Shown: positions 42,521-56,711 of the stretch, piece by piece | Layout of the letters: every line of letters begins with the position of its first letter | Position numbering within the stretch: the first letter of the stretch is position 1 | Origin: Podarcis tiliguerta | Taxonomy: Eukaryota | Direction: 5' to 3' (one strand) | Assembly (NCBI GenBank): GCA_965153285.1 | Contig: OZ229117.1 | Length of the DNA: 64,000 nucleotides | Program-made: the position numbers and the translations under genes | The notes under the pieces: model-generated | Told to the model about the DNA's origin: nothing | Database searches by the model: none | Seen by the model: the letters and a program-made list of their open reading frames with translations, nothing else

Positions 42521-42902
42521 GAGGCCTACGGTGAAAACGAGGGGGAAAGGGTAATATTGGCCACGTGTGTGTATTTGTGTGTGTCGAGTATGTGGGGGGC
42601 GGGGGGAGGGTTGGAAGGGTATTTAGTTAAAACGAAGTGGTGGGGTTTTGCGGGGGATTAAAAAGAAAAGAGAGGCCTATCTGTATATGAGGAAAGGGCG
42701 TTGAGATTACGTTGTAGGGCACGTTGGTACGTTCTCTTCTATTTTGGTGAGAAGGAGCATTTTGTTTTATTTCCATAAGCATTTGTGGTAAAAGTGGTGG
42801 CCAAAGAGCATTGGGGTGTGTGGGATTTTAAAGCCCTTCAATCTCATCCTCTGGTAGATGCACAAGTGTCTTCCCACATTTCTAATTACCTCTTTGGGGG
42901 TG

Positions 42903-42966
42903 CAGGTTCTAATCTGTATTAGTGGTTGTAGGTACAGGTTCTAATCTGTATTAGTGGTTGTAGGTA
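42903..42966. repeat. Perfect 32-bp tandem duplication
   Basis: caggttctaatctgtattagtggttgtaggta x2. Confidence 0.95.
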
Positions 42967-44475
42967 CAGATCTATTATTATTATTATTATTATCTGTTGT
43001 ACAGGTTGAGGTAACTACAGGACTGTGTTGTATGTCACAAAAAAGCGAAAGGAAGTGGGCAGAATGTGTTGGTGTTCATGAAGAAGCTGATGAGCTGGTG
43101 TGTGTGTGTGTAGTAATGGTACATGGAAAGGAAGGTTGAGGGTTGCTAAAGACAGACAAGGGTTGAGTCTCTAGAGTTTGACTGGGATGTGATGGGTATG
43201 GGAGATTGGGCACGCAGCAGAAATGTGGAGATGGAGTATATTGCATAGATGCTTTGTAGTTGGAAACCAGCTGCTGAAACAGGGAGGTGTGGAGCGCTGG
43301 TGCTGCAGAGGCAGATGGTGCAGGATTGAGTGGGGGTGGGGATGGGGTGAGGTCAGAGTCTGGTAAAACTCACAGCAGAAAGGAGTGGAAGTTATGGAGT
43401 TGAAAGCCCTGGGTACTAGCAAAATGTCTAGGAGGAGGTATGTTATTCGTTGGAATAGATTCAGTGAAGATTACGCTTGCTATGGTAATTTCCTTTTCCC
43501 ATTTCATCATCTTTCAGTCGGTGTTAGCTCTGTGTATATGTGTAAAAGAAGAGCTCTTCTGCCTTTTCTTGTTTCTTTTTCTTAGTTTCTTCTGTGGATT
43601 GTCTTCCTTTCTCTTAAAACAAGAAATAAAAAGCAGCTGCATGTCTCCAAACAGAATTTAGGATCCCTCTCACTCCTCCTGTCTCTTAAGAAAGAGGATT
43701 GATTACATGTTTAGAAAGGCAAATCGTCCGCCCCCCCCTTCTCCAAGAAGCTTGGATGAGCTGAGCCCTCCAATGCCCTCTGCCCTTTTCCCAGAGAAAG
43801 CAGCTGTCTTGTGAGGGATGTGTGGTGTGGATTGAAAATCAGTCTGTTCATTGAGACACAAGGGCTGGTGTGTTCAGATCGGCTCCTGCTCATTAAAGTT
43901 GTGGCTCTGTTTTGATATTCAGTTGCAGGAAGGAACTTGTCCCCTCCCCCTCAGTTTGTACACAGATCTCCCTTGTCACCAGGAACCTGGCCTTATAGAT
44001 TAAGAGTGAGCAGATCAGTCACTGTCTTTTAAAGCCAAATGCATCTCAAGGGATAATTCTAGAAACTGAATGGGGGACAAAATAGCTAAGGCAAAGAATG
44101 TAGTAAAATTAGGTAACATATTTTTTTGTTTGAACACTTTGTAGTTTTAATTCACAGATGATCAACTGTAATGGACGATGGTAATTTTGCTTCTTAGTTT
44201 TTCCAGCTCACAGTATTTCTGTTATTTTTTTCAACATGGCCATTCCATGATCAGTTCCATTTCCTGGGTAAAACACCCTCAGAAAACAAACAGAGGTGTT
44301 GCTTTCAGAATGGATTTTAAGCTTTTGTTGCAGACGTTTATTCTAGTTAAGAAGGGAGCTTAAATCTGTGATTTTTTAAAAAAATGACTCCCAGAGTTGT
44401 AGGGAAAGGGAATTCCCAGAGTAAAATGTCAATATCTGAGGCACTTTTAATGGGCAACAGTGGGTATCAGTAGAC

Positions 44476-44690
44476 GGCATGGTATAGGGAGTTAGAGTGC
44501 TGAACTCAACTCTTAGGAAGCAGGGTTCAAATCCCCACTTAGCCATGAAGCTCATAGGGTGATATTGGGCCAGACATTATCTGTCAGACCAACCGACCTC
44601 ATAGAGTTGTTGTTGTGAGGATGAAATGGAGAGGGGGAGAAGTGTGTATGGCACTTTGAACTCCTTGGAGAAAATGTGGGATATAAATAT
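44476..44690 (+). mobile_element. MIR/CORE-type tRNA SINE
   Basis: tggtatagggagttagagtg..gggttcaaatccccacttagccatgaagctc..gttgttgtgaggatgaaatgg..gggatataaat. Confidence 0.75.
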
Positions 44691-46770
44691 AAAAATCAAA
44701 ACAGTAGTTGAAAAATAAGTGAATTATTTAAACCGAGAAGTTTGTATATTGTATGCTAGATAGAAAAGTAGCCTAAAATGGGTTTTGTTTTGTAGTCAGA
44801 AAGTATGCATTTCTCTCTCTCTCTCTCTCTCTACAAGTCTACTGGAATTGGATTTCCACATACAGATATGTTGTTTAACCTTAGGAATATCACAGAGGTA
44901 GAGTTACCTGGTAACAAGGATAGAATCATACAGGCAGCCTCCATGGTTCAGACATGGTTTTCTCATGCTTCTCTTTGCCCTTTTATAATTAACTGCCTAA
45001 GCTGGTTGAACAGGACAAGTTATTGAGGATGTTCTTGAGACTCCTGTCAGTCTAACATTAAAGCACCAGTAGCTCTTCAAGACTGGAAGTGTGGATGAGA
45101 GTGTTTCATGTGCGGTTGCCATAGATGGGCAGCATAATGGTTCCCGTATGCACAGCTCTGGTCTCATAGCAGAGGCAGATAAATCTGGTCTGCATTTGAA
45201 GACACAATTCTTTTTCACCAGAGAGAAGACTTATGTTAGTAACACACTGCAAGTGATAACATGGCCTGTCCTTCCTCCACACAAATGTGTACAATACAAA
45301 ATAATGATTTGGTGGCTCATGAAGCAAATGTTATTGCCCTCTGCTCAAGTACTATATACAAGGAATTGATAAGGCTAGCCTGTGCACATCTAGGCCTTCT
45401 CCCAAGATTGAACTGGGTAATAAATTTTACATCAGTTTGGGCAAGGCAAGGACAATGTGCTAGTTAACTGTTTCAGGTTAGGAGGGAAGGAATTGTCTTA
45501 GGAAAGCTTTAGAAGAGCTGCAGCTCTGTCCCCATGGTATTTTGCATATATCTGGTTGCATGAATTACTTGAAAGCATTGTTACAATTTGTTCAATATTG
45601 CAACCTTTATAGTTAGTGCAATTTGATTATATTCCACTGTGCTAATATTGAGATCATATAGGTCCTTGAAGAATATTTGGTTCACAAGCATAGGCTTCTT
45701 TTTCATTCCGCTGTTATACTACTCTGAGTATTGTCTGCCTTTATTTATGCTATATCAATTCGGGAAATCTTTTAACGAAATAAAAACCTTCAATTCTTGC
45801 TTTACATTCACTTAAGGTAAAATGAAAATATAATATTTTTATTTGCTTGAAAATACTTACCTTATCAAGATATAACAATAATACAAGCTTTAAAAATTGA
45901 TGAAATATTAAGTACTTTATTTTTTGCTGTTCAAATAATAGAATGAGTATGTTTTAAGCTTCTCTCCTCTGCTTTGATATTGTTTCAGGCTTCTGTTGAG
46001 CTAAGCAGGCAGATCTTATGCTAGTTTGAGTGGTTAGTTGAGCTGTGCTTAGTCAAGCTGTACTGTAAAAGCAGTATTTCTTTTTTGCACTAAACCAAAA
46101 TTTATATAACTTCTGTTTGTTTGATTTGATCCATATAATTCTAATGTAGTTCATGCAAATAAGGTGCAAATATTTCACGGATTGGCTTTGAGTTTGCTCA
46201 TTTCTTGTTCTAAGTGTGGTTTGTAAACATTGGGTTAAAATATGATATTTTTGGTGCTGTTATAGGTAAACATACTGATTTTTAGCAATAGGATTCTTAA
46301 GTGGGAAAGGCAGCAGTGAGAGGAAACATATCAAGAAGCAATTGCATGTGTTAATATTCAGACTACAGGGATGTATATGGTATGAGTGGTTATAGTTACT
46401 GAGCTGGGAGTGAAATCGAAATGCCTGCATTGTTCTTTTATTTATACTTTACATCTGCAAAATAGAGTGCCTATTCTCTTGGTTTTTAAAGATTCAATTT
46501 TTGTGGGAGAGATGTTCTGTACTTCAGTGAATCGTAAATGTCTTTAGGATTTTGGTAAACCTTGCTGTTGGTGGAGACACTGATGACAGGAAGGATATTT
46601 TCCTAAATGGAATGATATTTGTAAATGTCTGTTTTCTAGAATTCTTTGTAGATTTGAATTTAATGAATCAGGAGTATTTGCGAAGTGTGTTAGAATGTTC
46701 TGAATATTGCAGCACTTTTTTAGTAATTACTTCAAGGGCAACCTTTTCTATGTATCCATATATACACACA

Positions 46771-46938
46771 CAGGTGGCAGCCATTTTTAGTGGGAGTTCC
46801 ATTCCTGGCCCCTGCGTGTGCGTTGGCAGAGCACGCATAACCCTGTTCCACCCCCATTCTGCCCTATTCCAGGTCCAAAAGGACCCACGTGCTGGTAGTT
46901 GTGTGTCGATTGGGCATACACAAAATGGTCACTGCCTA
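46771..46938. mobile_element. Degenerate MITE
   Basis: Imperfect inverted termini caggtggcagccatttt / aaaatggtcactgccta around a GC-richer core in AT-rich surroundings. Confidence 0.4.
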
Positions 46939-49900
46939 TAGTAGTCAAATGTACTGATCCTTGAGTCAGAACATTTACGGTAATCTGACTTGTACTTTGC
47001 TGCTAGACTGTATGGGGGACAGTACTTGATTCAGCTTTTGGGAAAAGTATGTTTTGAATCCCAGATGGCATCATTTTCCTTATGATTGTTAGTGTTGGGT
47101 TTTAAAGGCATTCCCTGTTGTTTCCGTATGAAGTCCAATAAGCCAAGTTAAATAAATCAGTTTGAATCAATGGGAAGAGTGGGGTCATTTATAGTGTTAG
47201 AGATGCATAGGATACTACAGGAAAGAAGGATAGGCAAGACAGGAATACATTGTAGTGGAGAGAAGCAGAAAGCTGTAGAAACATTGTAAGTGACTTGCTG
47301 ATTGCTTAGTCATTGTAAGTGACTAAGTTGAATGTGGAATTGTGTGTTAATTAATAAGCAATTGGAGACCCATGTATCATACCTGCCCTCCTAGGGCAGG
47401 TGTGTTGCCTGGTTCCCTAGATGGTGAAAGAGGTTTGGAAAACATGATGTGAGTGACAAGAGAACTTGGAAGACATCACTTTAAGGATTGTGGGATGAAG
47501 GTTATTTCTTTTTATTAGATTTATATCCTGCATTTCCTCCTAAGGGATCTCAGGGCAATAGGGGCATCCCCTTACTTCTCAGAGTGGCTGTCCAGGAAAA
47601 TTGGTTGCTTGCTTAATATGGATGGAGTGGTCAGAGTTCCAGAGCTGGGATGGAACTCAATAAAAGTCTGTTGACAAACTGGGTTTATTCCTCCAGAGTA
47701 CATGGGTGATGAGCAGCAGTGAGTGTGGTTTGCTTTGACAATTGATTAAATATAACATTAACATTTATCGTTAAATACTTCAGAATTAATATGTATTTGT
47801 AAAGTAACCTAAGGTCCCAGCCACAAATACTAACTTCAGAATAGATGTCAAAATTGATTTGCAGTTGAATTTGAGTATATGTTTAGAAATTTGACCTTTA
47901 ATTGATTTTATTCTCAAAGTCAGAAGTATTTACATTCACTGTTGCCAACTCACTGTGGCTAGTGTTGGCATGCTGTCTACCAAGCAAATGGTGCAGCCTG
48001 ACATACTGTAAATGTTTAGTTGGAAGTCAGTCCCAGTGTGCTGAATGGGGTTTCTCCCTAATAGGTGTGCGTGGGATTGCAGCTCTATGGATCTGATGAG
48101 TTTGCTTGAGGGTAAATGGAAAGTGTCCAACACAAAGTATCTTAAGATCTACTTTGCAGTGAGCTGTTAAAGATGGATTCAGTAAGTTTCCCTTCAATAG
48201 AGCTGCTTTCTTAGTTGGCCTGTGTGCATTAATTTTCTTCAGATGAGTTACAAATGAAAAGGATCGCCTCATAAATAATGGTGGTTTTTTGTTATATTAA
48301 TGTAGATACTTCACACATATAATCACGTGTTTTAATTCTGCATGTAGTTGTCCCAGAGGTAGGCAAAGAGTAACAAATGTTTCCCAGAGTGGAAAAAAGG
48401 TGTTCCAGAAGCTTGTTTTGTCAGTTCGTCATTCTCCGTTTTTTGGCTGTGCTTTCAAATAAATTTACAACTTTGTAAATATGCTGATGGGGCTTGCTAT
48501 CTTAGAGGATAACACTGAAACTCAAATAGCCAGGCCAGACCTGACCACCTATCCTTTTTATAAATCTATGGGACATGATATCCAGGTCTCTTCTTTTCTG
48601 AAGCTTTTGTTGTGATCTTTGGTTAAACAAACCTAATCATTGTTCAAAAACTGAAAGGCTTACATTGCATATCTTACATGACACCTTGATTATATTTAAA
48701 CTGCATTGTAGAGTTATGAAATACCATTTTGGGGAGGCTACAGTTGCTGTTATGAATAGTTTTTATCTCATTTTCAATTCCCCCTTTCATTATCTAAGAC
48801 CAAGTTTTAGGTATGAAAAATAGCCTCCATGACAAACTTTGCAACTTCAGCAGTAGCTAAATCTGTCAGATTTCCTAGCAAACTGCAGTATCTTTTTAGT
48901 TCGCTATGTGAACCAAGTATGTTCTATTCAACACAATTTGTGTGAGCATAGACCAAAATTGTGTGAGCATAGATCAGTTGGGATATCATCATTCACTGTC
49001 CCATAGACATACAGTGAGTAGTATTGGGGATCAAGAGCTGAGAGAGTACTTTGGTAACAGTATTTTCTCCCCATTGCCTTCCCAGGTCACGTTTGCAGTT
49101 GCTTTTATGCAGTGATGTGAGGCACACACACGACTGTCTGCTTTGTCCCTGCCATCTGGATAAATGCAACATTCCAGTTTGCTGCACTGCCCTTGGCATT
49201 TAGGCTCTGAATTATTTATCCTCAAGGAGTCTGTAGGCAGTCTCTTTGCGTCTTTAAAGAAAGTCGAGAAGGGTCTGTTGGTTAAAACTAGTATTCAGTC
49301 TGCTTTATATACAGAAAATTTAAAGCGTAGATTCTTCTCTATTGCTTTAATAATGCAAGATTTTATAAAATCACATATTGTATTTAAAAAGCTATCTGGT
49401 TAATGCTTTTGATCTCAATTCACTGTCACAGGCAGGGTTTTTATCTTGGTTACTATCAGATATTTCATGTAAAAAAAATCCAACTTTGGATATGCTTCTG
49501 GTAAAAATATGACATTTTTTAGATGTGTGGACTGTAATGTTAGCATGTGGAAGAAGCTACCAGGCAATATTTGTATATATTTATGCAATAGAGAAAGGAA
49601 CTCTGCATTGTGGAGTAGATTGCCAGGATGGGTGGGTGACCATATCTATCTAATGTCACTGCTTCTCAACCTCTGTGCAGCTGGCCCGTATATAGGAAAT
49701 AGTTTTTTAAAAAAAAATAAAAAATTGTGTGTGGGGGCAGCAGCATGCCACTGTTAAAATCCAGTCATGATGTGTACAGTGTGTGCTAACTGGAGTTCAC
49801 ACTGGAAAAATGGAGGACACTCAACATTTCCGAGGATGTTCCAGAATTGATCAAGTGGAGATGGACTAAAAATTAGTTTTGAACATCTCATACTTTTAAA

Positions 49901-50506
49901 ATGCTTGAAGGCCAATGGTTTTTTGTTCTAGAAATTTGTAAATTATTGAGTGACTAGCTTTACTAAAGCATAATCGTTAAAAGAATTGGTATGCTTACCC
50001 CTTTCCCTAAATTTAAATCAGAGTTTATTTGCATCTCTGGTGTCTCCTGTAGTTATTCAAAATGACAACCCATTCTGGACCGTCTCCCAGTCATAGGATT
50101 AGTATATTAATGGTGGGCAGAAGAAGGAAGGTCTCTGGGTGATTTGGAGTAGATCATTAATCCTTACCAGCTCCAATTAAAATAATAATCATGATAGTTT
50201 ACGTCAAGTTGCCTATATATTTTTACTGAATGCAAACATTCCCCCTTCCTTCTTAAGCCCACTGCATTTATTGTTAGAAAGTGATTAAAAGACAAAAAAT
50301 TAAGAGGAGAAAATTAGACAAAAAGAGTGGAAAACGATCATAAATAAAAGGAAAAAAGAACAATACAGTATATATATTTTAAGTGACTTAGTATTTCAAT
50401 ATGTGTAATGAGCCATACCATGAATTGTATTTTAATTCTACATATAGTAGTTCCAAAAATCATGCCAGATGGGTTTAAATTTAGTTTCTTTCAATGTTTT
50501 AGTGTA

Positions 50507-50864
50507 CAGTGGTGCCTCGCAAGACGAAAAGAATCCGTTCCGTGAGTCTCTTCGTCTAGCGGTTTTTTCGTCTTGCGAAGCAAGCCCATTAGCGGATTAG
50601 CGCTATTAGCGGTTTAGCGGCTATTAGCAGCTATTAAAGGCTTAAGGGATCAGCGGATTAGCTGCTAAAAGGCTATTAGCAGCTTAGTGCCTTAGAAAAA
50701 GGAGGTGGGGAGCGAAAAAAACCCCCCAGGAATCGCAAGACATTTTCATCTTGCGAAGCAAGCCCATAGAGAAATTCGTCCTGCGAAGCACCTCCAAAAC
50801 GGAAAACCCTTTCGTCTAGCGGGTTTTCCGTCTTGCGAGGCATTCGTCTTGCGGCGCACCACTG
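50507..50864. mobile_element. Tc1/mariner (Tigger/pogo-like) MITE with TA target duplication
   Basis: TA|cagtggtgcctcgcaagacgaa ... ttcgtcttgcggcgcaccactg|TA; CpGs retained. Confidence 0.9.
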
Positions 50865-53077
50865 TATATATGATCCTTTACTGAGCTGTCAGCTTAAAGT
50901 GATCATGTGTCCATCCATCAATATTGGGTGCAGTGCATGTTTTAAAAATGTTTATGGGAACTGACTGCCTTGAGTTTGCTATAGGATTTTACCTAAGGAT
51001 TGTTGTATGTTAGACTTATAAAGGAAATGTAATTGGTAACAGCCTTCCCATGGTGTCTGCTCTGAATGAGACATAGAGAACTACATACCCCATTAATTGT
51101 TATTGCACTGTCTGTACAAACTTGGCATGGGAATTGTTCACCATGGGGAGCTAACATGCTGCAGGGCGCTGGATGAATTTGAGAGACCTGAATTCAAATC
51201 CCTGTTTAGCCTTGAAGTAACTGGGGTCAGTCCTCTCTGTTTAATCCAGTGTTAGAAATCAGCCATGTGCTAGGCATGTTTTGCAATTGGCACAGGTCCA
51301 ACTGCAACCACAAAATGCCAGGTTGGTTTCTGGGGAAAACAAAATGTAATTTAGAGAAGGATCTGAAATATTTTCCTTGAAACTTGAATTTGTTTTATTT
51401 TGAATTGTTTTATTTGATGTTTTAATGTCTTGTAAACCACTTTGATTTGTTCTTTAAAATATAAAGTGGTATAGAAATGAAAACAACAGCAACAAACTTC
51501 ATGGGGGGGGGCATTCCATTGTGGCAACTGTAACCTAGGTTTAAGGTGCCATTGGGTATTAGATTATATTTCTGAGTTTCTAACACTGGTAAACTAATTA
51601 ACAGGATTGTTGTGAGGATCAAATGCACTGACATAATATACTGCACCTTACGTTTCTTAGAGGAAGGCAGGAATGCAGTTGAGATTAAACCAGTGGTATC
51701 ACTATGGTTAAGTATAACTATTATTCCAGTTGTAAACTACTTATTGTTTTTTGCTTTCTGAAACAATTAGTGCTTGCTAGAAATAAGCAAATGATCCCTA
51801 ATTTCAGACAATGCCAGCAGTTAGATGCACATTTGGTGGAGGAATTCCTGGAGCATTTGTGCTTCTGTAGTTCATTTGAAGGCTCCTTCATATTCCAAGG
51901 CTTCCAGTTTGACCTCCAAAGCACCTAGAAAGAAGTAATGACACAATACAAACGTTAAAGCAAGATTTTATGGGTGGCCACTGCATTGCACTGATGCTAT
52001 TGCTGACATTGAGCTTTGTTTTCTCATGCCAAAGCCCTAATAATATATAATCCAATTATTTAAAAGATAAGACCAATGTATGTACATGCATTTAGCTCTC
52101 TTTTCTTGTATTTATTTTTAGTTAAGACAGAGCATTAATTTCAGAAGAGCTATTTTTGATAGATTTGTGATTGCTTATTTCAGAATTTGATACGTGAGTC
52201 GTTATGGGATTTCAACTGAAAAAATGTCCTTCCCACTGTGTCACAACAGTGCTATTTATTCAGCCTGAGTTCCCCCCCAGTCTGCAGTTATTTGACATCT
52301 GAGTATTGGCTATAGTCCTAAAACATACTTTTAAGGCAGGCAACAGTGGTCTGTAAATATGGTTGTGTAATTTAAAGATTTTGTTTTGCTTGGGTTTCTG
52401 CTGTGGCATAGTACAAATGTCCTATATCTGTATATAGTACTGGGTAGCTGATTCTATTGATCTACTGTACTATAATTGCCCTAGCCCTCTGTCTCTGAGT
52501 GGCAGGGGTCTGGATATCTTCCCAGGCAAAGTTTCTCCTACAGAGCCTTTCTATTAATGTACAAAAGGACAACTTAGGCTTTACATACCTTTCATCTTCT
52601 TGATCTGCCCTCTTTTTGCATCGGTGTCCTTATGACACTGTACTGTTTTGGGACTAAGAGTGAGTACTGTGACTGGGTGTCATCTTGACACTGGCACAGG
52701 GCCAACCGTGGCCTCTGACCACTTGGGCAACAGAGCAGCTCATCACATGATCAGATGCTTAAGAGTATTTATTTTTGTGTAGTCAGTCTAGCAACCTGTT
52801 GGCGTATCTAGTATTCTGTTGCCATATCTCCTTACCAACCTGGTTTAGTATGACTTTTTATTTGCTCTGCAAAGAAAAGCAGGGTGTAGCTTTAAACATA
52901 TAAACAATTTTTTAAAACTTCACTCTTTTCAAACTGGACCAAAAAAAAAAAAATCACACAAAGAAACACATAATTTGTTGACTATTGCTCTGGCATGGCA
53001 GTTTTAACAATGTTGGAAGCATGTGTGCATGCTATTTTGTATCAGTTGTGCTCACTATGTTACATCGGGCAGATAAT

Positions 53078-53353
53078 GAGCTCGCTGACCGGAAGGTCAG
53101 TGTGTTGAATCTGCGTAATGGGGTGAGCTCCCATTGCTCTCTCCCAGCTCCTGCCATCCTAGCAGTTCGAAAGCATACCAACGTGAGTAGAAAAATAGAT
53201 GCTGCTGCAGCGGTAATGTAAATGGCGTTTCCGTGTACTCTGGCACTCCTCTTGGTGTCCCGTTGTGCCACAAGCGGTTTAGTCATGCTAGCCACATGGC
53301 CTTGAAAGCTGTCCATAGACAAACATCGGATCCCACAGCCTGAAGTGAGATGA
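53078..53353 (+). mobile_element. Sauria SINE (diverged, partial)
   Basis: gctgaccggaaggtcag..ggggtgagctccc..cctagcagttcgaaagca..gtttagtcatgctagccacatg. Confidence 0.85.
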
Positions 53354-54104
53354 CGGCTCTGGAGGCTAGTACTTGGGAGAAAGCTGGTGGAGCAAATCTG
53401 TAACACGCATTGTATAATGTAAGCTGCTCTTTTAAGAGTGTACTATACTACAGAACTCCTCTAAACACCTTATATTTACTCATTCAATTATTTGCATCAA
53501 ATTGTGCTTCATATATTTAGATACTGAAGGTACCTATCTAATCTCTGCTCCCCAATCAAGTATATTGAAGTAACTATGTTTAAACATTAAGCCTCGTGAA
53601 AAATAATATGCTTCTGATGCTATCCAGTGAACAGCTTTATAAACAGGGTAGGTCAGGGTAGCCCTGTGTAACTTTTCCAGTATAATAAAGGGTTACAGTT
53701 CTGGTGAGTTATGTACAGTGGTGGTGGACAGGGCAGGGGAATAAGTATCAGGAACCTTGTAGATTCAGGGCACTGTTAGTTTCCAGGACATGAAGTGTCT
53801 TAATATTCTCTCTCCTCACAATGCTCCTCAAAATGGTTGAGCTATTTGTAGTTAGCAATGTGAGAGTGAAATTTGTAATGCATAAAGTAAAAAACTGAAT
53901 GTTTGAATATTGACAGTTTCATGTGGAATACAGTACAAGCTATGGTTTTGGGTACCCCCCCAAATCTTTCTATAAGCTATTTGTGGTAACATACAAGAAA
54001 AAACAACAACTTTACCCAGATATAAGTACTGTAGCTAGAAAAATCCCAGTTTGTTAAAATTCTACAAATTACATGTCCATTTAAGTTGTGGAAGTTCTGA
54101 ACCA

Positions 54105-54845
54105 ATGTTTGCAATGATTAATGAGCTGGAGTAGGGCTAATAAAATGAAGCTTAATCCAGATAATGTGGAGGTACTGTTTGTTGATGGGTGTCTTCTGAC
54201 CATCCTGTGTTCATCCTGTTCTGGATAGGATTATGCTTTTCCCTTAAGGATCATGTTTGCATTCTTAAGGGTACATGCACCATTCACCAATGTAGACAGG
54301 TTTGCCAGGTGTGGCCTGTCTCGGATGGAGATTGTGGATGCAGCATCCATGATCTAGTAACATACTGTTTAGATTAGAGTAATGTGTTGTGCATGGGAAT
54401 GCCCTTTGAAAACTATTCAGAAAAATAAGTCAGTGAGAAGTACTGAAACTAGATTGCTGACTGGCCCTGGGTATTTGGAGTATTTATTACTAGTTTTTAA
54501 AGCAGCCACACTGATTCTCGGGCCATTTCTGGACATGGTTCAAAATGATGGCATTTATATTTTTAAATTCTGTGGTTTAAGACTCAGTGTAGTTTACAGA
54601 TTATGCTCTCACACAAAACTGTCTCAGTGTTTAGATTCTTTTCTGAGTCCTTCTGCCTTTGGAGATGAAGTCCAAGATAAAATGTCTATGGTGGTGATTA
54701 CCTCTGGTTTGCTCTGTTTTAATGTGGATTTAGTTCTTTTTGAAATATTTTTTATGAGTGTATGTTTTATTTGGTTCAAATTTTTTGGGTAAATTGCTCT
54801 GGGAGAATTTTAAAATTTAAGAGCAGGGTAAATATAAACAAATAA
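54105..54845 (+). mobile_element. Degenerate L2-clade LINE fragment (RT C-terminal region to 3' end)
   Basis: gggctaataaaatgaagcttaatccagataatgtggaggtactg encodes a RANKMKLNPDNVEVL-like L2 motif; L2-like tail near 54790-54845. Confidence 0.65.
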
Positions 54846-56460
54846 TTAGAAACTGTTATGCTCACATTTACTTGTTGCTGATCTCAGCAAAATGGTTGAT
54901 GAGTAGTTTGAATAAATGACCTTGCTATAGGTTTCTGCCCGTCTGACTTGTCAGTGTAATTGACATACCTGGTCTACTGTTGCTATTATTTTTTCTTTGT
55001 GGAATTCTTGATTATTTAAACAGGCACTAACTTCCCTGTAAGCAGGAGACATTCAAAGTGCAAGTCCTTAAACAATGAAAACAATGTCTTGTTCCAGCCA
55101 ATTCCAGAATTCTCAGTATCTTAATATATAATTCAAAGCCATATGTTCTTCTAGGAAGCAAGGTACAAACCTATTCACCAGCCATTGTCTACAGAAGTGA
55201 AAACTGCAGTCTTAGAATATCCAAATGTCAAATTTTAAATTGCCATATTTTTTTAAAAAAGCAACAACTTGGTGTATTGCAGGTGTAAATGGTTTTATTT
55301 TCTTTATTTTTGTTACTTTAAGGGTGTTTCCACCAAATGGAGGCAAACAACTGTGGTAAATAAGTCTTGGCAATTATTGTAGTGAATTATTATTTTTCAC
55401 TGACATTGTACATTGGGGCATTTCATCAAAAGCTGTACTGCAAATGTTCCTGCATTTTGCATGTATTGTCATGGAGTGTAATTTTCGCTTAACTGTAGTT
55501 TGCTTTTATATATTTTTCCCCTGGTTGTCATGGAAACTCAGTCCAGTGTTGCACTGGCTGCTAACAAGTGCTAGGTTACGTTGCCTTTTATAATGGAGCT
55601 GTGTTAGTCATGCTGCAGTTTTTCAGCGATGGAACCCCGTTTGGAGATGTACTTCATAAAATTATAACATGATTGCAGCATTTTGAGCAGCTTTCAGAAT
55701 GTAAATATTGGATATTTTATGAACAGTTTCTTTTGTTACAAGAGTTGGGTGCCTAAACTGGCTGTTTGAATCTTCACAGCATCTTTTCATGATAGGGTTT
55801 GAAATCTTCTATATTATATTCATAATATCAAATAGCTTGATTAGTAGTATTTTCTTCCTGTGTCATGGAGCTCTGGTGGAAGATGTTAATGTTGTGAAAT
55901 ACAGGAAAGATTTTGCATTCATGTGTTTTATAAGATACCTTTAAAAACAATACCTTTAAAAGTACTCACGGTAAATTAACAGTTGCTTTATCTATTGGAT
56001 CATAGTTACATCCTTAAAAGCACTACCGTTTGTTTTTATGTGGAGAATGTATTACCATGTTGGTGGTTTAGGTATTGCTGTTAGATGGAAATTCATTCTT
56101 CCTTGTGTTCATATAACTTCCTTAGTTTTTTGTTAAAAAAACACTGTCAAACTTGGAATATATTTAACTTTAGAGCCATTGAGGTGGTTTTTTTTTTTTA
56201 AAGCAATGGAGTTCTTATGCAAAATAAATCAAACTGAAAACTGCATGTTCTTTTAGAGTGACAGAACAGATCTTGTCTTCGCTTGCTAGTACAGAAGGGC
56301 AAATCATGGCCCACAGTACTAAATCAAAGCACAAAATACAGGCAGGCAAATTGTTCTGCATGATGGGCCACTTTGCAGAATGTGGTTTGCTTCATATTGT
56401 GAATCTGCATATGTTGTTGTTGTGATGCGAGACCATTAGTAATGGATGAGGCCTGTAGAT

Positions 56461-56711
56461 CATGGGTAGGTAAACTAAGGCCCCGGGGGCCGGATTCAGC
56501 CCAATCGCCTTCTAAATCTGGCTCACGGACCGTCCGGGAATCGGTGTGTTTTTACATGAGTAGAATGTATCCTTATATTTAAAATGCATCTGTGGGTTCT
56601 TTGTGGGGTATAGGAATTCATTCATTTCCCTCCCAAAAATATAGTCCGCCCCCCCCCCAAGGTCTGAGGGACAGGGGACCGGCCCCCTGCTGAAAAGGTT
56701 TGCTGACCCTT
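56461..56711. mobile_element. hAT (Charlie-group, OposCharlie1-like) MITE with perfect 8-bp TSD
   Basis: TSD ctgtagat at 56453-56460 and 56712-56719; termini catgggtaggtaaact / aggtttgctgaccctt. Confidence 0.85.

Noticed and set aside
50588-50692. CRISPR-like repeat array
   Set aside because: Short degenerate tandem units without unique spacers, inside a eukaryotic MITE.
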